From Candidatus Methanomethylicia archaeon (GTDB taxonomy: Archaea; Thermoproteota; Methanomethylicia; CALHIW01), in assembly GCA_038845975.1 (NCBI GenBank), contig JAWBQF010000004.1, positions 1-64,000 of the forward strand: 64,000 nucleotides of DNA, written 5' to 3'. The notes beneath the pieces were generated by a model that was not told the DNA's origin, did no database searches, and worked only from the letters and a program-made list of their open reading frames with translations. The first letter of the stretch is position 1. Every line of letters starts with the position of its first letter. A program made the position numbers and the translations under genes. Below, one piece after another: positions 10,413-21,448 of the stretch.

Positions 10413-11978
10413 TCACCTTAATCTTAGATTTAGAATCCTTCCTTCATAGATAAGAACCAATTTTACGATAGACCATACGATCTTTAGCCTTCCAAACATG
10501 AGCTTAAAATTATCTAAATCCGATTTGTTTATAGCGCCAATCAATGGTATCAACGTAATATATGTAATGAGGAATATGGAGCTAGCAATAATTAAATTGA
10601 GGAGGCTATTAAGAGGGGAGAATTGAAGAAGAACAACTATCGGTATTGCTGATAGAAATGATGCTAAATATATTCTTAAAGATGCTTTAAGATCGAAGTT
10701 AACGTTTATCCTCTTAATAGCTATGAATACAGCATAAGATAATGAGGGGAGGGATGAAGTTAATAATGCAAGTATCAATCCTGAAACACTATACAGCATT
10801 GTAAGCAGGGGAGCTAATGGGATGAATATGGATAGATTTATTAGATTCGATTTAAGGATGATTCTAGTCTCCCCTATACCGCTAAATAAGTATCCGAGAA
10901 CTATAGAGCCGAAGCCAGCGTAGAGGAATTGTAATATGTAGAGGGAAAGGAATAATGGAGCTAAATTATAGCTACACCCATAAAGAGTATATACAACATC
11001 TCTAGATAAAATCGCTATAATAATTGCAGCTGGAATTATAAGTAAAGCAGTATATTTCACTGATAACCTAAAGACTCTTTTAAGCTCATCACCATTAGGA
11101 TTCACTTTTGAGAAGACTGGAAATAGTACTCCTAGAGGAAATACTAATACGTTTATCAAAGATGATAGATTTGTTGCTATGATAAAGTTTCCAATCTCAA
11201 AATTTGATGTAAAGTAGGCTAATATAATGGTCCGATACTGACCTAGAAATAGATCTAATAAAGCTGAGAGGTATAGGGGGAAGCCGTATCCTACCATAAG
11301 CTTTATGTTGTATTTGAAGCTATTGTTGGAAGGGCTTCCTAATCCTCTATAATATTTGAGGAGGATAAGGCTACCTACAAGAGTAGCTATCGTATAGCTT
11401 AAGATATGGCCAGTTAATGCTCCAACAACACTAAACCCCAATACTACCAGCAAGGGAGATAGAGTTGTCCTCATAATGGATTGAATATTCATTATAAGAG
11501 CGCTTCCCTCCATTCTATCCAAGCCCACAAATGATGAGTTCAAAGCCGTAAAGAAGCTCTGGAACAGAATCAGAAATGATGCTATCCTAATAAGAAAGCC
11601 TATTTCAGGCCTATTCAATATATAAGCTGCAAACATGTCGGAGAATACGAGGCAGATTATTGACATGAAGATACCTATTAACAGCTTGAAGAGAAGTCCT
11701 GATTTCAATACGCTTACTACAAGACCGTTTTTACCCTCCACCCTGAATTTAGCTGAAAATCTAGTCAGAGCTGAGCTTATACCAAAGTCTATGAGTCCTG
11801 CAAAAATATATGGTACTACTAGGGAGAGTGATAATAAACCATAGTTCTCAGGTCCTAGAAGCCTTGCAACTATTATAGAGCCTATAGCTAATGTGATGAG
11901 GGATAGAGCATTACCAGTAAAGAGGAAGAAACCTCCTCTTGCAGAGTCCTCAGCTATCTCAACGAGTTTATTAGACAT
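10413..11978 (-). CDS. Oligosaccharide flippase (Wzx/MATE-like)
   Basis: IIVARLLGPENYGLLSL, DFGISSALTRF and many TM helices. Confidence 0.9.
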   Translation of the reverse strand: MSNKLVEIAEDSARGGFFLFTGNALSLITLAIGSIIVARLLGPENYGLLSLSLVVPYIFAGLIDFGISSALTRFSAKFRVEGKNGLVVSVLKSGLLFKLLIGIFMSIICLVFSDMFAAYILNRPEIGFLIRIASFLILFQSFFTALNSSFVGLDRMEGSALIMNIQSIMRTTLSPLLVVLGFSVVGALTGHILSYTIATLVGSLILLKYYRGLGSPSNNSFKYNIKLMVGYGFPLYLSALLDLFLGQYRTIILAYFTSNFEIGNFIIATNLSSLINVLVFPLGVLFPVFSKVNPNGDELKRVFRLSVKYTALLIIPAAIIIAILSRDVVYTLYGCSYNLAPLFLSLYILQFLYAGFGSIVLGYLFSGIGETRIILKSNLINLSIFIPLAPLLTMLYSVSGLILALLTSSLPSLSYAVFIAIKRINVNFDLKASLRIYLASFLSAIPIVVLLQFSPLNSLLNLIIASSIFLITYITLIPLIGAINKSDLDNFKLMFGRLKIVWSIVKLVLIYEGRILNLRLR

Positions 11979-12229
11979 TCCCTATAAGGATGGATAAAAT
12001 TGTCAATATTCTTTTCTCTTCCCAATAAGTCACAGTTAGATTGCCCAATTGTTGTCTTTATGGAGCTAATGAGCATCAATGTCAAGATTATGCTGATGGA
12101 TTCCAGATCATACTGCTTAAATACTGAGCTTCTTTAGTACTAGACAAGCTAAACCCGCCTCTTTAAAATCTTGCTTATCCATTTGGTTACGACCCATTTT
12201 TACCCAATAAAGCCTTTTTGCTCGCTTAT

Positions 12230-12358
12230 GCTTTGTGGCTTAATTCTGAAATTTGCAAATTCAAGTTTACATAAAGTACGGAAAAGCTTAATAAGCATTC
12301 CTATAACCATAGTATTTAATGATATAGATTACGAGAAATGAATATTAAGCCACAAAGC
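12230..12358. mobile_element. 130-bp MITE (family A), copy 2
   Basis: Same IRs and nearly the same interior as 7896-8025; flanks share GCTTAT. Confidence 0.92.
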
Positions 12359-12967
12359 TGAGCTTATTAAAGAGCATCTTCTAATAACCTATTGGCACCA
12401 TAAATAAGGGAAGGTACCTCAAATAGAGCTAAAGTTCATAAAAGCCGCGGTAGGGGATTAAATCATAATAAATTCCAGGAATTTATTGCTGGAAATGTTA
12501 TAATGATGAATAGTGGAAAGCTAACACTAAATGAATATAGATTTTGAAGTGTAGATTTTTAGTTTAAGGAAGATATGGATGTAATTACTTACCTAACATG
12601 CTTATGATGAAGGAAACCCTATTGTCTCTAAGAGCTATTCATGAAGCTCTAAAGGCTGAAGTTGAATAAATAATAGTAAAATGCTAGTTATCTAACAAGG
12701 TAAAAGCCCTCAGTTTAGGGGCCTATTTAAAATGTTCATACAATGCAGACTGTGATGAAGCCATGAATATACTAGTATGCATAAATCATGCGTTTACGCT
12801 AAAAACTGTCTTGATATAATCTAAATTCAATATTATGAATCCGTGAAGCTAAGAAACTAGAATCCTAAATCTTAGTTGTTGAAGTGTTAGTTAATGATGG
12901 GTTAGTGTGGTTTAATTAAGTTATTGTAGATTATTAGTATGACTTCTATGTATAGCTAAGGTTAATG

Positions 12968-15640
12968 TTAAGTATTGTATAGTATTGTTTTTTCTGTTTT
13001 TGATTTTATTGCTTGTAGTACTTCTCTATGTAGTATTTCGAGGAGTTTTCTCCTATCCTCCATTAAAACTATATCACTATATCCATGAATAACCATTATG
13101 TGAGCAAAGGGGCTTGGAATTCCGTTCGGCCCTATTGTTTCTATTTTTAATTTCCCCTCCTTAACCCATTTTAATACTTGTTTTGCAGCTTGAATATCCA
13201 TATGGTCTTCAAGTATTTCCCTATAGGTTTCTTTAAGTACTGGGAAGTCCTCCATGTCTTCAACGATGTTTAGTATTGCTTGAGCATTTAGTTGTAGTTT
13301 ATTTATTGTCTTCTCATATCCCATATATCTACGTAGTATCATGAATGATCTAACAGCACAATGCCTAAATATTCTCTTAGTAAGCTCAGTTCTCCTAATA
13401 GCTTTTCTAACAAGTTCCTCTATGTTTTCATCATTTACTTCTTTTAGTAGTGTTGATATGCTGAATTTAGCCTGTTTAGGTATTGTAAGCATGAAGCCAT
13501 TATCTGTAACTGTAACTCTAATACTGCTACTTATTAGTTTTGATAGACTGTAAGCATATGCTCTACTTAAAGCATCATTTGCTCTCCTTCCAAATAATGT
13601 ATGGAATATTATGTTCCTTCTTGTTTCTTCGTCGTATATTTCAACTAGAATCAACTTATCTGATGGTATTAAGCCATGTGTAAACAGTATTTGCTCTCTT
13701 ATATAGTTGTAAATGTTTTCAGCAGCTTCTCTTTGAAGTCTATAGTTGCTAATAAGCCAGCTTAAAACCTTTTCCTGTGGTTCTCTTAAAATTTTCTCAG
13801 CTATTTCTCTTCTAAATGCTCCTACTAGAAGTGCAGAGTCGAATGCTAATGGGAGCATTTCGCTAAACCATGATGGAACTGTTGGCCTCTGTCCCTCAGC
13901 AGGTTTTACAATTGCCCTAGTACCATAGCTATCTATGAATTCATATGTTCTACCACCTAGTACAAATATGTCTCCTCTAGATAGTATCTGAAGAAAGTTT
14001 TCATCAAGCTCTCCAATATACCTTCTATCAAGAGTATATACACTTATTTTAGCTTCATCAGGTATTGTTCCGCTATTCATATAGTATATCATTCTAGTTT
14101 TACCTCTACCCTTCCTACCGAAAATTCCCTCCTCTTCATCAAGCCATATCTTACCATATACTTTACGGCTTTCAAGCTCCTTTCCATATCCCCCAGAAAC
14201 ATACTTTAAAACATTCATGTAATCGCTGTATGGTAGGTCGTGATAACTATAGCTTCTCCTTATAATCCTATATGCTTCATTAACCTTCCATTTTGATTCA
14301 AGAGCCATTCCAACAATATGCTGTACCAACACGTCAAGACAGTTTTTAGGTATTTTAACATTATCTATTCTTCTCTCCATAGCTGCCTTAGCTAGTACCG
14401 TACATTCAATAAGATCATCTCTATCTACAACTATAAGTCTTCCCCTACTTACTCGATGGGTTCTATGACCTGATCTTCCAACTCTTTGTAGTAGCCTACT
14501 TACACTCTTAGGACTGCTTAACAGTACAACTGTATCTATGTAGCCTATATCTATTCCAAGTTCAAGACTTGTTGAACATACAACAGCTTTCAACTCCCCC
14601 CTCTTAAGCTTTTCCTCAACTTCAAGTCTAATATTTCTACTTAGACTTGAATGATGTGCTTCAACATCATCTACATCAAACACCCCCTCAGACTCAAACA
14701 TTTTCCTTAACTTATACACTACACGTTCAGTAGCGCTTCTTGTATTTGTAAATACTAGGACTGTTCTATTTTTCTTCATTATTTCGTTTAGGGTTTTATA
14801 TATTGACTCGTTTATTATTTCTGGTGGGGTATAGATTAAATCTCTAGCTGGAATAATGACTCTAATATCGAATGGCTTAGTAAACCTTGCATCAACAATA
14901 CTGCATGGTCTAAGATTACCGTTATCATCATACCCTACAAGATACTTAGCAACCTCCTCAAGAGGTGATATTGTTGCGCTTAACCCTATTCTTAGAAGTA
15001 CTCTTCCAGTAAGGTTTTCAAGTCTTTCTAGTGAAAGACTTAAATGTGCTCCCCTCTTACTACTACATAGTTCATGTATTTCATCAACAACAACGCATCT
15101 AGTTGTTTTAAGCCTCTCTCTAAATCTCGGTGCTATAAGAGATATTGCAAGGCTTTCAGGCGTTGTTATAAGTATGTGTGGAGGCTTTATACTCATTTTC
15201 TGCTTTTCATTAGGTGTTGTATCACTTGTTCTTACAGCAACTCTTATTTCAGCGGGTTTATATCCAAGTTCTAAAGCAACTTTACCTATTTCCTCAATAG
15301 GATCTAGAAGGTTTCTCTTCATATCATTATTTAAAGCTCTAAGAGGGCTAACATATACAACATATATTTGGTCCTTAAGCTTCCCCGCCTCACCTAGCCG
15401 GTAGAGTTCATCAATCAATCCGAGAAAGACAGCAAGTGTTTTACCTGTACCTGTAGGTGCTGATATTAGAACGTTATGTGCTGCCTTAATTTCAGGTAGT
15501 GCCATTCTTTGAGGTGGTGTAAATGTTTTAAATGTTCTCCTAAACCATTCGGCAACATATGGTCTAAGCATACTATAAAGGTAACTATCTGAATAATTTT
15601 CATCCACATATCTTAAAACGCTAGTAGTCATTATGCTCAC
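12968..15640 (-). CDS. lhr: ATP-dependent Lhr helicase (Lhr-core)
   Basis: APTGTGKT, SPLRALNND, ITTPESL, VVDEIH, IGLSAT, TSLELGIDIG, LLQRVGRSGH. Confidence 0.95.
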   Translation of the reverse strand: MSIMTTSVLRYVDENYSDSYLYSMLRPYVAEWFRRTFKTFTPPQRMALPEIKAAHNVLISAPTGTGKTLAVFLGLIDELYRLGEAGKLKDQIYVVYVSPLRALNNDMKRNLLDPIEEIGKVALELGYKPAEIRVAVRTSDTTPNEKQKMSIKPPHILITTPESLAISLIAPRFRERLKTTRCVVVDEIHELCSSKRGAHLSLSLERLENLTGRVLLRIGLSATISPLEEVAKYLVGYDDNGNLRPCSIVDARFTKPFDIRVIIPARDLIYTPPEIINESIYKTLNEIMKKNRTVLVFTNTRSATERVVYKLRKMFESEGVFDVDDVEAHHSSLSRNIRLEVEEKLKRGELKAVVCSTSLELGIDIGYIDTVVLLSSPKSVSRLLQRVGRSGHRTHRVSRGRLIVVDRDDLIECTVLAKAAMERRIDNVKIPKNCLDVLVQHIVGMALESKWKVNEAYRIIRRSYSYHDLPYSDYMNVLKYVSGGYGKELESRKVYGKIWLDEEEGIFGRKGRGKTRMIYYMNSGTIPDEAKISVYTLDRRYIGELDENFLQILSRGDIFVLGGRTYEFIDSYGTRAIVKPAEGQRPTVPSWFSEMLPLAFDSALLVGAFRREIAEKILREPQEKVLSWLISNYRLQREAAENIYNYIREQILFTHGLIPSDKLILVEIYDEETRRNIIFHTLFGRRANDALSRAYAYSLSKLISSSIRVTVTDNGFMLTIPKQAKFSISTLLKEVNDENIEELVRKAIRRTELTKRIFRHCAVRSFMILRRYMGYEKTINKLQLNAQAILNIVEDMEDFPVLKETYREILEDHMDIQAAKQVLKWVKEGKLKIETIGPNGIPSPFAHIMVIHGYSDIVLMEDRRKLLEILHREVLQAIKSKTEKTILYNT

Positions 15641-15851
15641 TATCAGATAAGCATACCTAAATTAAACTTTATCTATTCTAACTTGAATCTGAACTTAGAA
15701 GGAAGCTACAATAATACTAAACTACTCCAACTTTAAGTAGTATGTTTAGGTTTAGATTCTCTAGCTTTAATCATGTGGTATTATGGTTGGAGAACATGAA
15801 TTTTAGAGAAAAGTTTTTATGATTGTTGAAGTACATCTTTTGGGGTCTACT

Positions 15852-15995
15852 ATGGCTAAATGTCCTAAATGCAGTACAGAAGTATCAGCACCATTAAAAT
15901 CCTGGATTTTGGCTCCTAAAGGTAGAAAGCCAGTTACAATGGGTCTCTATAAGTGTCAAAGCTGTGGAGCATATTTTAGAACGAAGGCTGCTTAG
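15852..15995 (+). CDS. cren7: Cren7-like chromatin protein with zinc-ribbon (CxxC...CxxC), 47 aa, absent from the ORF track
   Basis: [47 protein letters not shown] contains the Cren7 signature W.LAPKGRK.V.(I/M)GL(F/Y)K...G.YFR.K. TATA-like TTTTTAT at ~15814 upstream. Confidence 0.85.
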   Translation: MAKCPKCSTEVSAPLKSWILAPKGRKPVTMGLYKCQSCGAYFRTKAA

Positions 15996-16036
15996 AGTAT
16001 AACTAAATATTTCAACCATTATTTTTAGTGTTATAT

Positions 16037-16471
16037 ATGGTTACTCCTAGAGAGGTTAGATATGAACTAAATACTGAATGGGATGGACTTACGGGGGGTA
16101 TTGTAAAGAGGAATGATAATGTTATTATATCCTTCGATACTCCAGTAGAGTTCGGAGGTAATAGTAGGGCTCCATGTCCTGATGAACTTTTTCTCTCATC
16201 AATAGCTGGTTGTTTAACAACAACATTCCTATTCTTTATGAGGAGGTTTAAACTAAGAATATTAAGCTATAATCTTAAAATTTCTGGAAGTATTATGTTT
16301 AGACATGGACGTTATGAATTTACTGACTTAAAAACTTGCTTCAAAATTAGAGTTAATAAGGGTTTAAAGAGTTCAGTCTTGAAATGTTTAAATCTTACTG
16401 TTGATTTTTGCCATATTACAAATGCTTTAAAGATGCATATTAAGCATGATTTTAACGTTGAGGAGGTTTAA
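16037..16471 (+). CDS. OsmC family protein
   Basis: FDTPVEFGG...PCPDELFLSSIAGC and second Cys in FCHITNAL. Confidence 0.88.
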   Translation: MVTPREVRYELNTEWDGLTGGIVKRNDNVIISFDTPVEFGGNSRAPCPDELFLSSIAGCLTTTFLFFMRRFKLRILSYNLKISGSIMFRHGRYEFTDLKTCFKIRVNKGLKSSVLKCLNLTVDFCHITNALKMHIKHDFNVEEV

Positions 16472-17142
16472 TGCTATCCATAGATGTATTTGTTCAGATA
16501 TTAGCTGATATTATTGAAAACTATGGGTATCTCGGCATATTTATAGTATCGCTTGTATCCAATTCGATTCCATATGTAAGTTTACCGTATTTAGCTCTAC
16601 TTGTATTTACAGCCCCAATACTTAACACTCCATTAACCATTACGCTAGCTATTACGGCTTCAGCTTTAGGTGCAACTATAGGTAAGTTAATTATACTCTC
16701 CATAGGTAGGGTAGCTCATATAATGTTATCAGATGAAGCAAAGGATAATTTAATGTTCTTCAATAAACTGTTTAGGAAGTGGGGTGTTATAGCTGTTTTT
16801 CTATTTGCAGCGTTACCACTACCAGATGATGTTCTCTACATACCTCTAGGAGTAGCTGGATATCGTGCCATACCATATACCATTGCTGTATTTATGGGTA
16901 AAATAGTTGTTACAGGAATGGCTGTGTTTTTCGGTAAGGCTTTCGTAAGTATTCTTGAGGAAACGTTTAAAACTCCTCTTACATTAAGCCTTACACTACT
17001 ACTAGCAGTAACACTTATAATATCTTATGTAGCTATAAAAATAAATTGGAAAATAGTTTTTGAATCATATCACGATGAAGGAATTGTTAAAGGTACTTGG
17101 AGGCTAATAGATGAGATCGCCAAGATATTTAAACTACGCTAA
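16471..17142 (+). CDS. VTT/DedA-like (SNARE-associated) membrane protein
   Basis: YGYLGIFIVSLVSN, ALGATIGK, FAALPLPDDVLYIPLG. Confidence 0.85.
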   Translation: MLSIDVFVQILADIIENYGYLGIFIVSLVSNSIPYVSLPYLALLVFTAPILNTPLTITLAITASALGATIGKLIILSIGRVAHIMLSDEAKDNLMFFNKLFRKWGVIAVFLFAALPLPDDVLYIPLGVAGYRAIPYTIAVFMGKIVVTGMAVFFGKAFVSILEETFKTPLTLSLTLLLAVTLIISYVAIKINWKIVFESYHDEGIVKGTWRLIDEIAKIFKLR

Positions 17143-17181
17143 ATAGTTAGTAGTTAAGACCTACAGCAATTCTATATATAA

Positions 17182-17757
17182 CTATATTGCTTCATATCCT
17201 TTTCTTAATGCTCTTAAATTTACTTCTATCCAAGGTCCTCCCATGCTCTTTATTACTTCTTCAACATCTTGAATATCTAAAAGTTTACTAAGTACTCCTG
17301 TTTTTAGTAGTGCTCCAAGCATAACCATGTTGGTTGATAGGCTACTTCCAGCCTTTAAAGCTATTTCTTCAGCATCTACAATATAGTTTTTCAGTTTAAA
17401 CTCTCTAAACATATTTAACACTTCATCGATACTTGGAGCTTTAACCCCGGGAAGTGGAGGTCTACGTATCTGTTTATTGGCTACTATTACTGTGTTTTTA
17501 TTAGCATATTCAATACTTCTAATAGCCTCTATAAGCTCCAATGCTACAATAGCATCCGCTAGTCTTCTTGGAACTAGCGGTGCATCAACATCTCCAATTC
17601 TTACATGTACTCTTACACTTCCCCCTCTCTGACTTAATCCATGGGTTTCTGCAACCAGTACCTTAATGTTTCTTCTTAGCACTGCTGATGCTAGAATTGA
17701 TGCAAATGTTAGTAGTCCTTGTCCTCCAACTCCAGCTATAACTATGTTTAAACTCAT
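17182..17757 (-). CDS. iorB: Indolepyruvate:ferredoxin oxidoreductase beta subunit
   Basis: GVGGQG, ETHGLSQRGGSV, NMVMLGAL. Confidence 0.93.
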   Translation of the reverse strand: MSLNIVIAGVGGQGLLTFASILASAVLRRNIKVLVAETHGLSQRGGSVRVHVRIGDVDAPLVPRRLADAIVALELIEAIRSIEYANKNTVIVANKQIRRPPLPGVKAPSIDEVLNMFREFKLKNYIVDAEEIALKAGSSLSTNMVMLGALLKTGVLSKLLDIQDVEEVIKSMGGPWIEVNLRALRKGYEAI

Positions 17758-17758
17758 A

Positions 17759-19657
17759 CTACCACCATAGCTTTAACCATTCATCTTTTTCCTCAGTTAC
17801 TTTAACAATTGCATTGTATGGACATATGTTAGCACATACACCGCAGCCCATACATAGTGTTGGATTAATTAATGCTTTTCCATCCTGTTGCTCTAATATG
17901 GCTGGGCATGAAAACAGGTCATAGCAGATCTTACAGGCTTTACATTTATCCATAAATACCTTGTAGAGCGGTTTCTGTATTCCTCTTCTAGTAGCTAATG
18001 ATGATATGTCAAGTGCGCATTTCCTCCTCATAACTATTAAAGCTACCTTTCCCGTATTTCTAACATATTTTAATGCGTTATGTATTGCTTCAACGCTTTC
18101 CTGAATATTATATGGATCTACTGTTTCTACATATTCTACCCCGGATGCCTTAGCTATGTTTTCAATCACTACTACTGGAGCCTTCTCTCCCGTAGCATAA
18201 CTTCCAGTTTCTGGTGTAGGCTGTCCTCCAGTCATTGCTGTTATTTTATTATCTAAAACAATAACCAGTATTGGGGCTCTATTGTAGACGGCATTTATTA
18301 ATGCTGGTATTCCAGTATGGAAGAATGTTGAATCACCTATTATTGCTATTGGCGTTTTTTCTATTTCTGTATGTGCAAATCCGTTTGCAAGCCCTATACT
18401 ACCCCCCATTTCTATAAGTGTATCTTGCATTTCAAATGGTGGAAATGTTCCCAAACCATAGCAGCCTATATCTCCACAGTATACTGGCTTTATTTTACTT
18501 ATAGCTACTGCTTTTCTCAATGCGAAGAAAGATGCTCTATGTGGGCATCCTGGACAAAGTGTTGGTGGTCTTGGAGGTATGCTTATGGTAGGTTTAGGAA
18601 GTGTTTCAGGTAACTTATAGCTGTATCCCTTAAACTTTACAATAGCGTTAACTACGTTTTCTAATGTTAACTCGCCTATTTGAGGTATTAGATTCTTACC
18701 TTGAACCTCAATATTAAGCTTTTCCTCAAAAGCTATTTTCTTAATTTCCCCTTCAACTATTGGTTCAAGTTCCTCAACTACTAATACCTTACTAGATTTT
18801 GAAAGAGCTTTAACTATAAGCTTTCTAGGTATTGGTATTGTTGTAGCTATTTTTAAAATAGATGTTTCCCCAGTCTTATTGAGTATTTTTAAAGCATCCT
18901 TAACATAACTGTATGCAAGCCCGCTTGCAATAATCAAATCTTCAGAATCTACATCTTCAAAAACGTTAAACTCTATATTGTTTACATCCTCAACTATCAT
19001 ACTCCATCGTTTAAGCATTTCCTCTCTTAGCTTTCTTGCATATATAACATTCCATCGCTCTACATCTCTTTTAAACAATCCCTTTAACCTTGGTTTTGGC
19101 AGTTCTCCAAATATTACTGGTCCTCTTGTATGGCTAACTCTAGTTGTAGTTCTCAGTATAACTGGATGTTTCCATTTACTGCTGAATTCAAGTCCTGTCT
19201 TAGCCATATCCTTAGCCTCCATAGGTGATGCCGGCTCAAAAACAGGTATGAAAGCATGTAGCCCATAGTACCTATTATCCTGCTCATTTTGGCTGCTCCA
19301 CATACTAGGATCATCAGCACTAACTATTAGAAACCCCTCTTCAACACCTGTATATGCACTAGTCATAAGTGGGTCTGAGGCAACATTAAGCCCCACATGC
19401 TTCATAGCTGTAAGCGATCTAACACCACAAATAGCAGCTGCATAAGCAACTTCAAAAGCAACTTTCTCATTAACACTCCACTCAACATAGAGTTCAACTT
19501 CATCTAAAGCTTCAAATAAAGCCTCTACAATCTCGGTTGAAGGTGTACCGGGATATGCTGAAGCTACTCCTACTCCCCCTTCTAATGCTCCTCTAGCAAT
19601 AGCTTCATTACCTAAAAGTAGAGTACATGATCCAGCCGGTCCAGTAATTTTAGCCAT
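17759..19657 (-). CDS. iorA: Indolepyruvate:ferredoxin oxidoreductase alpha subunit
   Basis: GNEAIARGA, YPGTPSTE, NEKVA, MKHVGLNVA, SSQNEQD, RPPTLCPGCPH, GDSTFFH and a C-terminal ferredoxin domain. Confidence 0.95.
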   Translation of the reverse strand: MAKITGPAGSCTLLLGNEAIARGALEGGVGVASAYPGTPSTEIVEALFEALDEVELYVEWSVNEKVAFEVAYAAAICGVRSLTAMKHVGLNVASDPLMTSAYTGVEEGFLIVSADDPSMWSSQNEQDNRYYGLHAFIPVFEPASPMEAKDMAKTGLEFSSKWKHPVILRTTTRVSHTRGPVIFGELPKPRLKGLFKRDVERWNVIYARKLREEMLKRWSMIVEDVNNIEFNVFEDVDSEDLIIASGLAYSYVKDALKILNKTGETSILKIATTIPIPRKLIVKALSKSSKVLVVEELEPIVEGEIKKIAFEEKLNIEVQGKNLIPQIGELTLENVVNAIVKFKGYSYKLPETLPKPTISIPPRPPTLCPGCPHRASFFALRKAVAISKIKPVYCGDIGCYGLGTFPPFEMQDTLIEMGGSIGLANGFAHTEIEKTPIAIIGDSTFFHTGIPALINAVYNRAPILVIVLDNKITAMTGGQPTPETGSYATGEKAPVVVIENIAKASGVEYVETVDPYNIQESVEAIHNALKYVRNTGKVALIVMRRKCALDISSLATRRGIQKPLYKVFMDKCKACKICYDLFSCPAILEQQDGKALINPTLCMGCGVCANICPYNAIVKVTEEKDEWLKLWW

Positions 19658-20145
19658 TCAATGTACACCATCAATGTAATTGTTAAGATTATTTAAATTT
19701 TACTATATTAGTCAAGTTTAATTATCTAGTATTACTAGACTCAGTTGATTTAATGATGGGGTTACGTTAAGACAATATGTTAAGTATCTTAAGGTATCTA
19801 GAATTAAAACTAAAAGTTCTCAAATTAGACCTGGCAACTTAACTTTATCTTTTTAGGTTATTGTAGTATAGTATAAATAGTTTTAGTATTCTACTGCTTT
19901 CTTATTGTCTAGATTTTGTTATTGTGATGTTGTTAGTTAAAAATAAGCTTTTCAATAGGTGTGGAGAATTACTGAATATCGTGATTTTCCCGTAAAGTTA
20001 GGATGTTTGAAGTATTGAGAATACACTAATAGCATGTAAAGTCTTCAGCTAAGATGGAATAAGTATAATTCCATGTTATGAAATATATAAAAAAAGGATT
20101 TAAGATTCTTAGCCGGTAAGTATGGAGATAGATGTAAAGCCAATT

Positions 20146-20646
20146 CTAAACGCTTATATTGTAGCCTGCTATAATTGCTTTCTCATTTGCTTCAGCTCCT
20201 TTACCTATATCTCTTACAGCTTCAATTAGGCTTTCAAGTCTTACAATTCCTATTTTTGCAAGATATCCTAACATTACCATATTCACTAATTCCCTTAATC
20301 TTACTTCTTCAGCTTTACTTTGTAGCGGTACTTTTAAAGCATTTCTCTTAACATCTACTAGATCACTATTAACTATTAGTAGTCCGTTTTCTGATAGATT
20401 ATTAATATATACTATAGACTTTGAATGTAGAACTATTATAGTATCAAACTTATCTATGAATGGTGACTCTATAGGTTCGTCTGAGTATATTAAGTATGCT
20501 ATTACTGGTGTTCCTCTAACTTCTGCTCCATAGCTTTGTATTTGTACTACATTATATCCCTCTCTAAATAATGCATCAGCAAGAACTGTTACTGCGAAAA
20601 CTATTCCTTGTCCCCCTATTCCAGTAACTGCTATTGATTTCTCCAT
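20146..20646 (-). CDS. korC: 2-oxoacid:ferredoxin oxidoreductase gamma subunit (KorC-like)
   Basis: GIGGQG, QSYGAEVRG, NMVMLG. Confidence 0.88.
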   Translation of the reverse strand: MEKSIAVTGIGGQGIVFAVTVLADALFREGYNVVQIQSYGAEVRGTPVIAYLIYSDEPIESPFIDKFDTIIVLHSKSIVYINNLSENGLLIVNSDLVDVKRNALKVPLQSKAEEVRLRELVNMVMLGYLAKIGIVRLESLIEAVRDIGKGAEANEKAIIAGYNISV

Positions 20647-20647
20647 A

Positions 20648-21448
20648 CTAACATCCTCTTACCCTATTGATATATTCATAAACTCTACTTACAAATCCCT
20701 CCTCATCTCTATCAGCATATTCCCCAATAGTTATCTCCCCCCTTCCTCCAGTATTTATCAATATGCTTTTTTCTCTTAGCTGTCTTATATATGTGCTTAC
20801 TGGTAGTTTAAGTTTTCTAACTATATGGGATGTGCATGGTGATACAACCTCAATAAATCTAAATCCTCTTTTACCCATAGCCTTCTTAATGCTTTCCTTA
20901 AGTCTATGGAAGTGAGCAATAGTCCACCTAGCAGAATAGTTTGCTCCTGCTGCAGCTACTACTGCACATGTATCAAATGGTTTTTCAATGTTTCCATAGG
21001 GTGTTGTTGATGTTTCAAATCCTATCGGTGTTGTTGGTGCTTGTTGTCCCCCGGTCATTCCATAAATCATATTATTAACCATTAATACTAGGAGATCAGC
21101 GTTTCTCCTCGCTGCATGTATTAGATGTTCTAATCCTATACTTGCAAGATCTCCATCTCCAGCTATTACTACAACGTTTAGCTCCGGTCTTGCAAGCTTT
21201 AGTCCTAAAGCTACAGGTATGGCTCTACCATGTAGTGTATGTATTGAATCTGCCTTAAAGTATGGATTTGGAATCCATGATGAACATCCAATACCGCTTA
21301 CAAAAACAAACTCTTTAAGATTCTCATAGCCTAGCTCCTCTAATGCTTTAAGAAATGCATTCATAACTGTTCCATTACCGCATCCTGGACAGAAGGATGT
21401 TGGTAGTAGTTCAACACGTAGATATTTAACTGCGAAGTGGTCTCTCAT
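20648..21448 (-). CDS. korB: 2-oxoacid:ferredoxin oxidoreductase beta subunit (KorB-like)
   Basis: FCPGCG, SGIGCS, HTLHGRA, TPP motif GDGD, YGMTGGQ. Confidence 0.92.
   Translation of the reverse strand: MRDHFAVKYLRVELLPTSFCPGCGNGTVMNAFLKALEELGYENLKEFVFVSGIGCSSWIPNPYFKADSIHTLHGRAIPVALGLKLARPELNVVVIAGDGDLASIGLEHLIHAARRNADLLVLMVNNMIYGMTGGQQAPTTPIGFETSTTPYGNIEKPFDTCAVVAAAGANYSARWTIAHFHRLKESIKKAMGKRGFRFIEVVSPCTSHIVRKLKLPVSTYIRQLREKSILINTGGRGEITIGEYADRDEEGFVSRVYEYINRVRGC

Noticed and set aside
12430-12725. Possible gene remnant and an IS605-like hairpin (AAGCCCTCAGTTTAGGGGC)
   Set aside because: The fragments are too short and interrupted to assign, and there is no tnpA/tnpB trace.
14856-15404. 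Long antisense ORFs (also 5736-6173, 21629-21970, 27131-27616, 34960-35499, 44321-44815 and shorter ones)
   Set aside because: They lie opposite well-supported genes and have Ser/Leu/Ile-rich shadow composition without motifs.
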